From the NCBI GenBank assembly GCA_965242865.1, contig CBDETK010000013.1:5152001-5216000 (forward strand): a stretch of DNA of 64,000 nt, given 5' to 3'. The notes below the pieces were generated by a model. It was not told the DNA's origin, ran no database searches, and saw only the letters and a list, made by a program, of their open reading frames with translations. Numbering within the stretch: position 1 is the stretch's first letter; each line of letters begins with the position of its first letter. The position numbers and the translations under genes were made by a program. The DNA comes from Candidatus Latescibacterota bacterium. Its GTDB lineage: Bacteria > Latescibacterota > UBA2968 > UBA8231. This document shows, piece after piece, positions 19,833-28,771 of the stretch.

Positions 19833-20579
19833 CTAGCCGAACAGTTTTAAGGCCCCGATTAGGCCCCACGTCGCCACGTGCAGGACAATGATCCACCGCA
19901 AGAGCTCTTTGCGCGTGTCGTCAATGGCTTGGTGGTTGGCGTCAATCTTCGTCTCAAGCTCTTGGCGCGTGACGTCGATCTTCGTTTCGAGCTCTTGGCG
20001 GTTGGCGTCGATCTTCGTCTCAAGCGCCTCCCGCGTGTTGTCAATGGCTTGGCGGTTGGCGTCGATCTTCACTTCAAGCTCTTTGCGCGTGACGTCGATC
20101 TTCGTTTCGAGCTCTTGGCGGTTGGCGTCGATCTTCGTCTCAAGCGCCTCCCGCGTGTTGTCAATGGCTTGGCGGTTGGCGTCGATCTTCACTTCAAGCT
20201 CTTTGCGCGTGACGTCGATTTCCGTTTCAAGCGCCTCCCGCGTCGCCTCAATGGCTTGGCGGTTGGCGTCAATCTTCGTTTCGAGCTCTTGGCGGTTGGC
20301 GTCGATCTTCGTTTCAAGCTCTTGGCGCGAGACTTTGAGCTCCGTTTCAAGCGCCTCCCGCGTGTTGTCAATGGCTTGGTGGTTGGCGTCGATCTTCGTT
20401 TCAAGCTCTTGGCGCGAGACTTTGAGCTCCGTTTCAAGCGCCTCCCGCGTCGCGTCCAGCTTCGTTTCGACGCGGCCTAGCCGGACATCGACTTGCTCAA
20501 TAATGCCTTCGAGTCGGGCGATGCGCCCTTCGTGATCCAACGGATAGGGCCGCGCCGGCGGCAAAGAAGGTTCAGTCAT
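19833..20579 (-). CDS. Tandem-repeat coiled-coil protein with C-terminal membrane anchor (DUF1640/CCDC90-like)
   Basis: Repeats RQELETKIDAN, REALETKIDAN and RQAIDNT; C-terminus LLRWIIVLHVATWGLIGALKLFG; RBS AAGGAG. Confidence 0.75.
   Translation of the reverse strand: MTEPSLPPARPYPLDHEGRIARLEGIIEQVDVRLGRVETKLDATREALETELKVSRQELETKIDANHQAIDNTREALETELKVSRQELETKIDANRQELETKIDANRQAIEATREALETEIDVTRKELEVKIDANRQAIDNTREALETKIDANRQELETKIDVTRKELEVKIDANRQAIDNTREALETKIDANRQELETKIDVTRQELETKIDANHQAIDDTRKELLRWIIVLHVATWGLIGALKLFG
19905..20460. repeat. Coding tandem repeat built from 33-bp and 21-bp units
   Basis: 19981-20099 is identical to 20101-20219 (120-bp period). A second repeat with 87-bp period lies at about 20295-20450. 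Confidence 0.95.
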
Positions 20580-20656
20580 AATCAAAGCTCCTTTTGATAG
20601 AGAACATAAGGACCAGTGGTTAGAATCATAGGGGGGCGCGTATCAAGCACCGCGCC

Positions 20657-21385
20657 TCACGCCTCCCCTTCCTCATCGCCGTACGCATGGCCGCCGAAAA
20701 TGGCCCGCAGTTCGGCCGCAGAGGTGGCTTGGCGCATCTTAGCCATGCGCTCGGCCTCGTGCTTTTGCAGGGCGCGGACGTTTTCCAACACCGCGCCGAG
20801 CTGGTCGGCGGGGAATTTCACCGCGCCGTTTTCATCCATGTGGACGATCTCGCCCGGGGCCACATCCATCCCAGCGACCGAGACCGGCACATTGACCGCG
20901 TGGACGGCTTGGGCACCGTGCCCCGCGGTGACGCCGCTGAGCAAGTACTGGAACTTCATCGGGCGAATTTCGTCGATGTCGCGCGAGGGGCCGTTGGAAA
21001 TCGCCCCGACACAACCGAGGGCCTGCATGGCAGTGGTCATGTTGCCGCCAGCCAAGCCGACCTTGCCCGCAATTTCGGGCGGAAACTTCTGCTGAAAAAC
21101 CAAGATCGTCGGCTTGGGCGAGGCGTCGAGGGCATCGAGGATGTCCATGAAGCTAACGCCGCTGTAATTGGGGTCGGGCAGGCCAAAGGTGCAGGTGACC
21201 GCGTAGCCGACCGTAGGGCCTAGCTCGGGATACATGCAGCGCAGCGACTGGTCGGTGTACCAGTTTTCGCTCCAAGGATTGTACAGCCCCAAGCACAAAG
21301 GGTCGCCCGGGTAGGTGGCGACGACGTTGGTAATGGAGGGCGTGTCAAAGTTCTTTAGCTCGGCGAGCATTTCTCGAGGGGTCAT
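20657..21385 (-). CDS. RraA/HMG aldolase family protein
   Basis: FDTPSITN, VGYAVT, GGNM, GPSRDIDE, PGEIVHMDENG motifs. Confidence 0.85.
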   Translation of the reverse strand: MTPREMLAELKNFDTPSITNVVATYPGDPLCLGLYNPWSENWYTDQSLRCMYPELGPTVGYAVTCTFGLPDPNYSGVSFMDILDALDASPKPTILVFQQKFPPEIAGKVGLAGGNMTTAMQALGCVGAISNGPSRDIDEIRPMKFQYLLSGVTAGHGAQAVHAVNVPVSVAGMDVAPGEIVHMDENGAVKFPADQLGAVLENVRALQKHEAERMAKMRQATSAAELRAIFGGHAYGDEEGEA

Positions 21386-21442
21386 TGAAGGCTCCTGATT
21401 GGGGAATGGAACGTTGCGTTTTTCAATCGCGCACAGTACGCG

Positions 21443-22255
21443 TCAATGCTGGTCGCGCCGCGGCAAGATCGGCTGATTCTTCAGCTCGCGGATTAGCTCT
21501 ACAAGCCCCTCGGTCGCCGCGGCTAAGAATTGTTCGCCCTTTTCCCGCGAGGCTTTGGTCGCGTCGCCCACCACGCCGCTGGCCGTCTGCTGGCTCCAGT
21601 AGGGTATCAGCCGCGCCCCCGATCCCTCGGGATGCGTACCGGCCAACAGATCGGTGCGGAAGCTCGGCGACAGAGGCGAGCGCTCGTCAACGGCCTTGTC
21701 CATTTCGACGAGTTCCGGCTTGAGCGCGAGATAGAGCGAGGTCTCGTATTCGCCGGCGTGCGAAGTGCCGCCGTAGGACGAGTCGCGCAACTGGTTGCCC
21801 ACAGTTTTGGCGCGGCGCAAATCCCAGTGATTGACTGAGGCGCAGAGGATCCGGCCCTCGTATTCGAGGATGGTGAGGCGGGCTGCGAGATCGAGCGGCG
21901 AGGCGTTGGAGCCGTGGCCATTGACGATGAGGATGCGCTCAAAGCCGTGGTGGGCCAAGCTGCAACACACGTCCTTGACGTAGCGGATAAAGGTGTCCCA
22001 AGCAATGGTCAAGGTGCCGTGGAAATCTATATGGTGCGGGCTGTAGCCGTGGGTGACCGGCGGGGCGAGCACGGCTTCTTCCGGGATGCGGGCCACGGCG
22101 CGCTCGCATATCCCGTGGCACAGCACCACGTCCGTATCCACCGGCAGATGCGGGCCGTGATCTTCGTGAGTGGCAACGGGCAGCACGGCGACGCGGCCTT
22201 GTTCGGCGGCTTCTTTGGTCTCGTTCCAGATCATTTCAGCGTAGCGGTACTTCAC
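21443..22255 (-). CDS. Creatininase/MftE-like amidohydrolase
   Basis: EDHGPHLPVDTD, GYSPHH..FHGT, NGHGSN, HAGEYETS motifs. Confidence 0.9.
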   Translation of the reverse strand: MKYRYAEMIWNETKEAAEQGRVAVLPVATHEDHGPHLPVDTDVVLCHGICERAVARIPEEAVLAPPVTHGYSPHHIDFHGTLTIAWDTFIRYVKDVCCSLAHHGFERILIVNGHGSNASPLDLAARLTILEYEGRILCASVNHWDLRRAKTVGNQLRDSSYGGTSHAGEYETSLYLALKPELVEMDKAVDERSPLSPSFRTDLLAGTHPEGSGARLIPYWSQQTASGVVGDATKASREKGEQFLAAATEGLVELIRELKNQPILPRRDQH

Positions 22256-22439
22256 AGCAGGTTGCTCCTTGGCGGGTAGGTGGAAATAGGGATGCGGAAA
22301 GAGATACGCAATGGGTCCAGCAGGGGCAAGCGGCGTTTGTGTTTAGTAGGAGGGATGCCTAGTTTACAAGCAGAGAACGACAGCGAAGGGGACAGCGTCG
22401 TTCAAAAGAAACGAAACATCTCATGGAGAAACCAAGAAA

Positions 22440-23534
22440 ATGAGCCGCAAGCTACGGGTGGGCGTCCTCTGCGGCGGGCGCTCGGCCGAACACGAGGTCT
22501 CGGTGATTTCAGCGCGGTCGATGTTGGAAGCCATTGACGAGGACAAGTACGAGCTGGTGATGATCGGCATCTCCAAGGAAGGACGCTGGCTGTCGACCGC
22601 GGACACCCAGCAGCTTCTGGCGTCTAGTCAGGTCCACGAGGACGGGCTGACGCCGGTGGTGCTGGACTATCTGGGGACGCGCACGCTCGTAGCGCAGCAA
22701 GGCGACGGGCAAGGCCAAGCCCTCGACGTAATTTTTCCGCTCTTGCACGGGCCTTACGGCGAGGACGGCACCGTGCAGGGCCTGATGGAACTGGCCAATA
22801 TCGCGTATGTGGGGGCCGGGGTCGTCGGCTCGGCCGTGGGCATGGACAAGGAGATGATGAAGCGGGTCTTTAAGGCCGAGGGGTTGCCGCAGGTGGCCTA
22901 TCAGGTGGTGCGGCGCAGCCGTTGGGAAAAAGACCGCGCCGGTGTGCAGGCCGCAATCGAGGCCGCGCTGGCCTATCCCGTCTTTGTCAAGCCGGTCAAT
23001 CTCGGTTCGAGCGTCGGGGTGAGCAGGGCCGGCGATGGGGCCGAGCTCGCGCAGGCCATTGACGAAGCCGCGCAATACGACTACAAGGTCGTAGTTGAGG
23101 CCGAAGCGAGCGGCTGCCGCGAAGTCGAGGTGGCGATCTTGGGCAATGAATCGCCCGAAGCGTCCATCGCCGGCGAGATCGTCCCCGGCAATGAGTTTTA
23201 CGACTACAACGCCAAATACATCGACGACAATTCCGATCTGATCATTCCAGCGCGGATCGCGCCAGCCACCCAAGCGGCCGTGCGCGCATTGGGCATCCGG
23301 GCCTTTCAGGCGGTGGAAGCTGCGGGGTTGGCGCGGGTCGATTTTTTTGTGCGCGAAAGCGACGAGGCGATTTTTGTCAACGAGATCAACACCATGCCGG
23401 GGTTTACGCCCATCAGCATGTATCCCAAGCTGTGGGAGGCGAGCGGGGTGAGCTACGGGGCGTTGATCGACCGGCTGATCCAGCTGGGGATCGAGCGGCA
23501 CGCGGACAAGCAGAAAACGAAGACGGCGCGGTAG
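22440..23534 (+). CDS. ddl: D-alanine--D-alanine ligase
   Basis: GGRSAEHEVS, LHGPYGEDG, GSSVG, FYDYNAKY, NEINTMPGFT motifs. Confidence 0.97.
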   Translation: MSRKLRVGVLCGGRSAEHEVSVISARSMLEAIDEDKYELVMIGISKEGRWLSTADTQQLLASSQVHEDGLTPVVLDYLGTRTLVAQQGDGQGQALDVIFPLLHGPYGEDGTVQGLMELANIAYVGAGVVGSAVGMDKEMMKRVFKAEGLPQVAYQVVRRSRWEKDRAGVQAAIEAALAYPVFVKPVNLGSSVGVSRAGDGAELAQAIDEAAQYDYKVVVEAEASGCREVEVAILGNESPEASIAGEIVPGNEFYDYNAKYIDDNSDLIIPARIAPATQAAVRALGIRAFQAVEAAGLARVDFFVRESDEAIFVNEINTMPGFTPISMYPKLWEASGVSYGALIDRLIQLGIERHADKQKTKTAR

Positions 23535-23538
23535 CTCT

Positions 23539-24246
23539 ATGCAGAAAGTGCGCTGGGAAAAGGGCCACGTCAGCAACCTGATTGCGCTCGCCCTGTTGGG
23601 GGGGGGCCTTTGGGGGCGCGGGGCGGGCGTCGGCGGCAGCGAGTGGGTGCTGGCGGTTGGGTTGTTTGGCTTTGCCGGCGGGGCGACCAACTGGTTGGCG
23701 GTAAAGATGCTCTTCGACCGAGTGCCGTTGCTGTACGGGTCGGGGGTGATTCCAGCGCGGTTTCGCGCCATCAGGGAAGCGGTCAAAGACGCCATCATGC
23801 GCTACTTTTTCGACGAGGAGTATCTAGCGCGCTTTTTCGCCGGGCAGGTCGCTGGCGAGGGCATCGAGGAAAAAGTGCAAAAGGTGCTAGCGTCCGCGGA
23901 GGTTGACGCGATCATCGACCGCAAGCTAGCCGAGTTGGCATCGTCGCCGCAGGGAATGATGATCCAGCTCGTGGGGACCCAGAAGGTCAAGCCGCTGGTC
24001 AAGCGGTTTGTGCTCGGAGTTGGGAGCGAGCTCGCGCCGCTGTTGACCGCAGGGGCCGGCTCCGAGGTCCAAGCAATCCGGGCGCAGGTTGACGAACTGC
24101 TAGAGACCAAGCTAGCCGAGCTGACGCCCGAACGAGTCAAGGCGATGATGGAGGAAGTAATCCGCGAGCACTTGGGCTGGCTGATCGTCTGGGGCAATGT
24201 GTTCGGCGGCACGATTGGACTGTTATCCAAAGCACTGGGGTATTGA
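23539..24246 (+). CDS. DUF445 family membrane protein
   Basis: GATNWLAVKMLF...YGSGVIP and HLGWLIVWGNVFGGTIG. Confidence 0.8.
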   Translation: MQKVRWEKGHVSNLIALALLGGGLWGRGAGVGGSEWVLAVGLFGFAGGATNWLAVKMLFDRVPLLYGSGVIPARFRAIREAVKDAIMRYFFDEEYLARFFAGQVAGEGIEEKVQKVLASAEVDAIIDRKLAELASSPQGMMIQLVGTQKVKPLVKRFVLGVGSELAPLLTAGAGSEVQAIRAQVDELLETKLAELTPERVKAMMEEVIREHLGWLIVWGNVFGGTIGLLSKALGY

Positions 24247-24248
24247 TC

Positions 24249-25055
24249 ATGAGTCAATGGAATTTGCGCGGCCAAGTGGTGGCCGTCATCGGCGGCACGG
24301 GCGTACTGGGCGGGGCCATGGCCCAAGGATTGGCTGAGGCCGGGGCCGCTGTGGCGGTGTTGGGGCGCGCCCACGACCGGGGGCACGAGCGGGTGGTGGC
24401 GATAGAGGCCGCTGGCGGCACGGGCGTTTTCGCGGCCTGCGACGCCACGGACCAAGCGTCGCTCAAGGCCGCCCACGAAGCGGTTGTCGCGGCGTTGGGG
24501 CCGGTCGCGGTGCTCGTCAACTCGGCTGGCGGCAATCAGCCACAGGTTACTCTGACCGACGACCTAGACTTTACCGCGATAGCACCCGACGATTGGCAGC
24601 GTTGTTTCGACCTAAACTTGGGGGCCGGCGCGCTCTTGCCCTGCCAAGAATTTGGGGCGGCCATGGTCGCGCAGGGCCGGGGCAGCATCATCAACATCGC
24701 CTCGGTCGCGGCCCACCTGCCGGTTTCGCGGGTGGTGGCGTACTCTGCGGCCAAGGCCGCCGTATTGAACCTAACCCAGTTCCTCGCCCGGGAGTGGGCC
24801 GACAAAGGCGTCCGGGTCAACTCCATCACGCCGGGCTTTTTCCCCGCCGAGCAGAACCGCCGCTTGCTCTTTGCGGACGACGGCACCCCAACCGAACGCG
24901 GCCAACAAATCCTTTCCCACACGCCCATGAACCGCTTTGGCCGCCCTGCTGAGCTCGTGGGCGCGGCCGTGTTCCTCGCGTCGGACGCGGCCAGCAGCTT
25001 TGTCACCGGCACGGACATCCGCGTTGACGGGGGTTTTTTGGCGACGACGATTTAG
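24249..25055 (+). CDS. SDR oxidoreductase (D-mannonate oxidoreductase-like)
   Basis: GGTGVLG, YSAAK, PGFFPAEQNR, VDGGF motifs. Confidence 0.88.
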   Translation: MSQWNLRGQVVAVIGGTGVLGGAMAQGLAEAGAAVAVLGRAHDRGHERVVAIEAAGGTGVFAACDATDQASLKAAHEAVVAALGPVAVLVNSAGGNQPQVTLTDDLDFTAIAPDDWQRCFDLNLGAGALLPCQEFGAAMVAQGRGSIINIASVAAHLPVSRVVAYSAAKAAVLNLTQFLAREWADKGVRVNSITPGFFPAEQNRRLLFADDGTPTERGQQILSHTPMNRFGRPAELVGAAVFLASDAASSFVTGTDIRVDGGFLATTI

Positions 25056-26437
25056 ACCCACACCGTTTTGTATTCAAAAAAAGGATCCAGCCCCAGCTCG
25101 CCGTAGCGTCGGCCCAAGCCGCTCTGCTTAAAGCCGCCCCAAGGCGTGCGATGGCTCAGCATACTGGCGCTGTTCACGGCCACCACCCCCACTTCCAAGC
25201 GCCGCACAAAATAGCGTTGTCGGTCGGGATTGAGCGTCCAGAGCGAAGCGAGCAGCCCGTAGTCCGTATCGTTGGCCAACGCCAGCGCCTCGTCGTCGCG
25301 AGCAAACGTCAGCACGGATACGACCGGGCCGAAAATTTCGTCGCGGCAAACCGGGCTGGACTGATCGGCAAAGGCAAAAGCCGTAGGCTCAAAGTAGCAA
25401 CCCTTTGCGTACTCGGCGCCCGGTGGACGGGTGCCGCCAAACAGTAAATCCCCCTGTGCTTTTCCCAGCTCGACATAGCGTTCCACGCGCTCTACCGCCG
25501 CCCGGTCGATCAACATACTCGGCCCGGCGGCCCGCGCCTTTTCCTTTAGCAACGCGATAAATTCGTCGCGCAGGGATTCGTGCAGCAAAACCCGACTTAT
25601 GGCCGAACACGCTTGCCCGGGGAAGGCCGAGCCCACGGTCGCGGTCGTGGCCGCTGCTAAGTCGGCGTCGGGCCAGACGATCTGCGCCGTTTTGTTGCCC
25701 AGATTTAGCTGCACTCGCTTGAGGTCCGCGGCGGCCGCGACCATGATTTTCTTGCCCGTTGCCGTGCTGCCGGTAAAACTGATCATCCGGGTAGCGGGAT
25801 GCGCGACGAGTGCCTCGCCCACTTCAGGCCCTTGGCCGCTGAGCGCGTTGACTACCCCAGCCGGGAAACCGGCTTCGTGGAATGCCTGCATGGCCTTGAG
25901 CGCCTGCGGTGCTTCTTGGTCGGGTGCTTTAAGCACGACCGTATTGCCGGCGACCAGCGCCGGCACGGCCGATAAAAGAGTGCCCAGCAGCGGCCCGTTG
26001 AACGGGGCAAAAACGGCAACGGGACCCAGCGGTTCCCTATATACATAATTGGTGCATTGGTCGCTGTGCTCAATGAGCGTGCCCGCTCCGTCGTCTAGTT
26101 TGCCCACGTAGTAGTCGATGACGCGCTCTACCAGCGGCGGGATGCCCGGCCCTCCTTGGGGCTGGACCTTGGCGGTCGCCAGTTCGTCGGCCATGGCATA
26201 GAGCACCTCTTTCAGTTGGGCAAATAACGCGCGCTTGCGCTCAAGGCCGCAGAACTTCCACTCGGCGTAAAACGCTTCGCACGCCGCCGCAACGGCCCGG
26301 TCCACGTCGGCCCGACTGGCATCGGCGACTTCGGCGACTAATGCGCCATCTACGGGGCTGTACAGGGGATAGTAGCGTCCAGACGCTGGGGGACGCAACT
26401 GGCCCCCGATCAGCAAATCACTTTTTTTGACACACAC
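25052..26437 (-). CDS. Aldehyde dehydrogenase family protein (atypical)
   Basis: PFNGP, FTGSTATG, GQACSA, DEIFGPV, PWGGFKQSG motifs; GTG start 8 nt after GGAGG. Confidence 0.88.
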   Translation of the reverse strand: MCVKKSDLLIGGQLRPPASGRYYPLYSPVDGALVAEVADASRADVDRAVAAACEAFYAEWKFCGLERKRALFAQLKEVLYAMADELATAKVQPQGGPGIPPLVERVIDYYVGKLDDGAGTLIEHSDQCTNYVYREPLGPVAVFAPFNGPLLGTLLSAVPALVAGNTVVLKAPDQEAPQALKAMQAFHEAGFPAGVVNALSGQGPEVGEALVAHPATRMISFTGSTATGKKIMVAAAADLKRVQLNLGNKTAQIVWPDADLAAATTATVGSAFPGQACSAISRVLLHESLRDEFIALLKEKARAAGPSMLIDRAAVERVERYVELGKAQGDLLFGGTRPPGAEYAKGCYFEPTAFAFADQSSPVCRDEIFGPVVSVLTFARDDEALALANDTDYGLLASLWTLNPDRQRYFVRRLEVGVVAVNSASMLSHRTPWGGFKQSGLGRRYGELGLDPFFEYKTVWV

Positions 26438-26465
26438 TTCATCTTCCTCCTTGTTGAAACGGCAT

Positions 26466-26711
26466 TTAGAAGCGTTTTCGGCCTGTACCTTGTGCATTTG
26501 CGAGCTGCCAAAAGAGCCCTTTCTCGGCGATTAGCTTTTCAGGAGGCCCTTTCTCAACGACGCTTCCCGCAGAAAGAACAATTACTTCGTCAACTTCGAG
26601 CACGGCAGCTATCACGTGACTCACCACGATGACGGTCCGATTGGGCATTACTTTTTTTATCGCGTCAATTATCTCTGTCTCTCGGATGGCATCCAACGCC
26701 GAGTCGAGTAT
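26466..26711 (-). pseudogene. C-terminal remnant of an ABC exporter ATPase domain
   Basis: ILD-SALDA...RTVIVVSH...DEVIVLSAGSVVEKG.PEKLIAEKGLFWQL; in-frame stop just upstream; no Walker A; AT-richer. Confidence 0.75.
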
Positions 26712-26771
26712 AGTAGGTCATTTAAGTTGAAGGACCAATTAGCACCGTCCCGAATCACCGAGGAATTCACC

Positions 26772-28757
26772 TTGCCATCAACCCTACCCGAAAATTACGA
26801 CGCCCAAGCCCATCTAGTCACCCATCAGGTGCGCGGGCGCGTCTTTCACGCTACCATCCCCTCGGCTCAACTGGCTTCTGAGCTAATGACCCGCGGCACC
26901 CCCGCCGACATCGCCGAAGCCTCCGCCATCTTTCGCGCCGTGCTCGCCTGCCAAGAAGTGCGCGACACTGCACCGCACCGCGGCAATTTTCGCTGGGAGC
27001 GCGAAGCCGAAGTCGTCGAAGACCTCAATGCCGTGCAGTTCGTGCTCTTTTACTGCATTCCCGTGCTGTGTAAAACGCCAGACGCCCTGCCGCCGGACTT
27101 GGTCTCGTCGATGCGCCACGCCATCGCGCTGGGCCTAGCGGAAATAGCGCGCATCGACGTGGCCTTGGCCTATACCAACATCGTCCTCAAGGACATCGCC
27201 AACTCCTGCCTCGGCGGCCAGTTGTTGGGCGACAACACCATCGGCCAGCGCGGCCGGGAAAAACTGGTGCGCTGGATGGCACACGTGAACACCTACGGCC
27301 TGCCCGCCGAGTACAACAGCCCCAACTACGCCTCGGTCGCCGTGCGCGTGTTGGGCCGCTTGGCCGAACTGACCGCGGACCCACCTACCCGCATCCGCGC
27401 CCGCACCATGCTCGCTCGCCTCGGGCTTTCGGCCGCGCTGCACATCCACCCCGGCCTCGGTTGCTGGGCCGGCCCCTTCAGCCGCGCTTACAGCCATGCT
27501 GTCTTGAACGCCAACGCCTTTAACGCCGATGACGTGCGTGCGTGGGTAGATGGCGGGCAGGTGCCCGCTTGGATCAACGACCTGCTGCTGCGCCCAGACG
27601 TGCCGCAGCAAATAGACGAAACGGCCCACGGCGAAGAGCCGGTGGCGCTGAGCACCTACCACAGCCCCTCGTTCAGTTTGGGCGTGGCCTCCTGCGAGCT
27701 CAAGACCCAAGAAATCGTCTTTATCGCCCTGCAATCCAGCGTATTTCACGCGCAGTACCGGCGTTCGCATGGCGCGCCCGGCGTGCTCTTTTCGCGTTAC
27801 ATCCTCGACGACCAGTGGCTCCGCTTCGAGACGACGCCATCGCGCACGCCCGGACAGGTCGTTCCCGAAGAGGGCCACTTCTACGGCCTGCACGAGCGGG
27901 GTCGCGCCATCGGCCTCTACGCCCCGCGCGGGTTGGACGCTTGGACGCGGCGCACGAGCGCCAAAGCCGTGCTCGTGTGGACCGAGATCGAGCCGATCGA
28001 CGCGATCTGGATCGGCCAGCGCAAAGTACATTCGCTGCCGGCGGCCGTGCCCCAAGGGCAGGTGATCGTCGTCGGCAGCGGCGCGCTGTGGACAGCTGTC
28101 AGGCCGCTTGAGCGGACCGATCTGGGCGGCGGAGCCCCCATCCGCTTAGTCGAGCTGGACGGGCACCTAGCCCTAGAGATGTACAACTACACGGGACCGG
28201 CCAAGACCTTCTGGGAAATGGCTAAACCCGGCTCCTTTTACCAAGGCCAGCCCCGCTGCGGTTTCTACGCCGAACTGGCCGAGCGCACCGCCTACGCCAG
28301 CGGGGCCGATTTTGCCGCCCGAGTAGCGACCGGCACGCTCATCGACGAGGCAGCCCCGCCCGCCACCTATGCTGCGGGAGACGAGCGCCCGCTCCGCGTG
28401 GAGTACGCACGCGACGACCGCATCCTCGGCATTGAAGTCGATCTGTACGAGTGGTCGCTAAAGCGGCGTTGGACCCAAGATGGCCCCCTCAACTGGCCCA
28501 TGCACGAGTCGCCCTACGCCCGGCAGTGCGCGGCCGGCCCAGTCTCCATCGGCGGGGCCACGCTCACCTGCGACGAGGGGCCGGTATGGCTCTGCGCCTG
28601 CCCGGGGGGCAAAAGGTACGTGGCCGCTTACAGCGGAGTTGGGACGACCTCGTTGCGGCTGGAGGTGCCCAGCGATGCGGTCGAGCTCCCTGAAATGGGC
28701 ACCGGCACGGTGATGTGGGACGAGGGCCAAGTAACAGTAGAAGCCATCCAGCCCTGA
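26772..28757 (+). CDS. Hypothetical protein of about 660 aa
   Basis: Long ORF with host-like codon use; probable TTG start after GAGGA; family not recognised. Confidence 0.75.
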   Translation: MPSTLPENYDAQAHLVTHQVRGRVFHATIPSAQLASELMTRGTPADIAEASAIFRAVLACQEVRDTAPHRGNFRWEREAEVVEDLNAVQFVLFYCIPVLCKTPDALPPDLVSSMRHAIALGLAEIARIDVALAYTNIVLKDIANSCLGGQLLGDNTIGQRGREKLVRWMAHVNTYGLPAEYNSPNYASVAVRVLGRLAELTADPPTRIRARTMLARLGLSAALHIHPGLGCWAGPFSRAYSHAVLNANAFNADDVRAWVDGGQVPAWINDLLLRPDVPQQIDETAHGEEPVALSTYHSPSFSLGVASCELKTQEIVFIALQSSVFHAQYRRSHGAPGVLFSRYILDDQWLRFETTPSRTPGQVVPEEGHFYGLHERGRAIGLYAPRGLDAWTRRTSAKAVLVWTEIEPIDAIWIGQRKVHSLPAAVPQGQVIVVGSGALWTAVRPLERTDLGGGAPIRLVELDGHLALEMYNYTGPAKTFWEMAKPGSFYQGQPRCGFYAELAERTAYASGADFAARVATGTLIDEAAPPATYAAGDERPLRVEYARDDRILGIEVDLYEWSLKRRWTQDGPLNWPMHESPYARQCAAGPVSIGGATLTCDEGPVWLCACPGGKRYVAAYSGVGTTSLRLEVPSDAVELPEMGTGTVMWDEGQVTVEAIQP

Positions 28758-28771
28758 TTCAGCGGCCGCGC

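Noticed and set aside
19878-20535. Repeat array as a CRISPR locus, or plus-strand ORFs over it
   Set aside because: Units are contiguous multiples of 3 with no unique spacers. The minus-strand frame has an RBS and a TM anchor, so the plus-strand ORFs are shadows.
26422-26442. A7 tract near the ALDH start as a phase-variation switch with an out-of-frame ATG
   Set aside because: An in-frame GTG with good SD spacing explains the start, and A7 is short.
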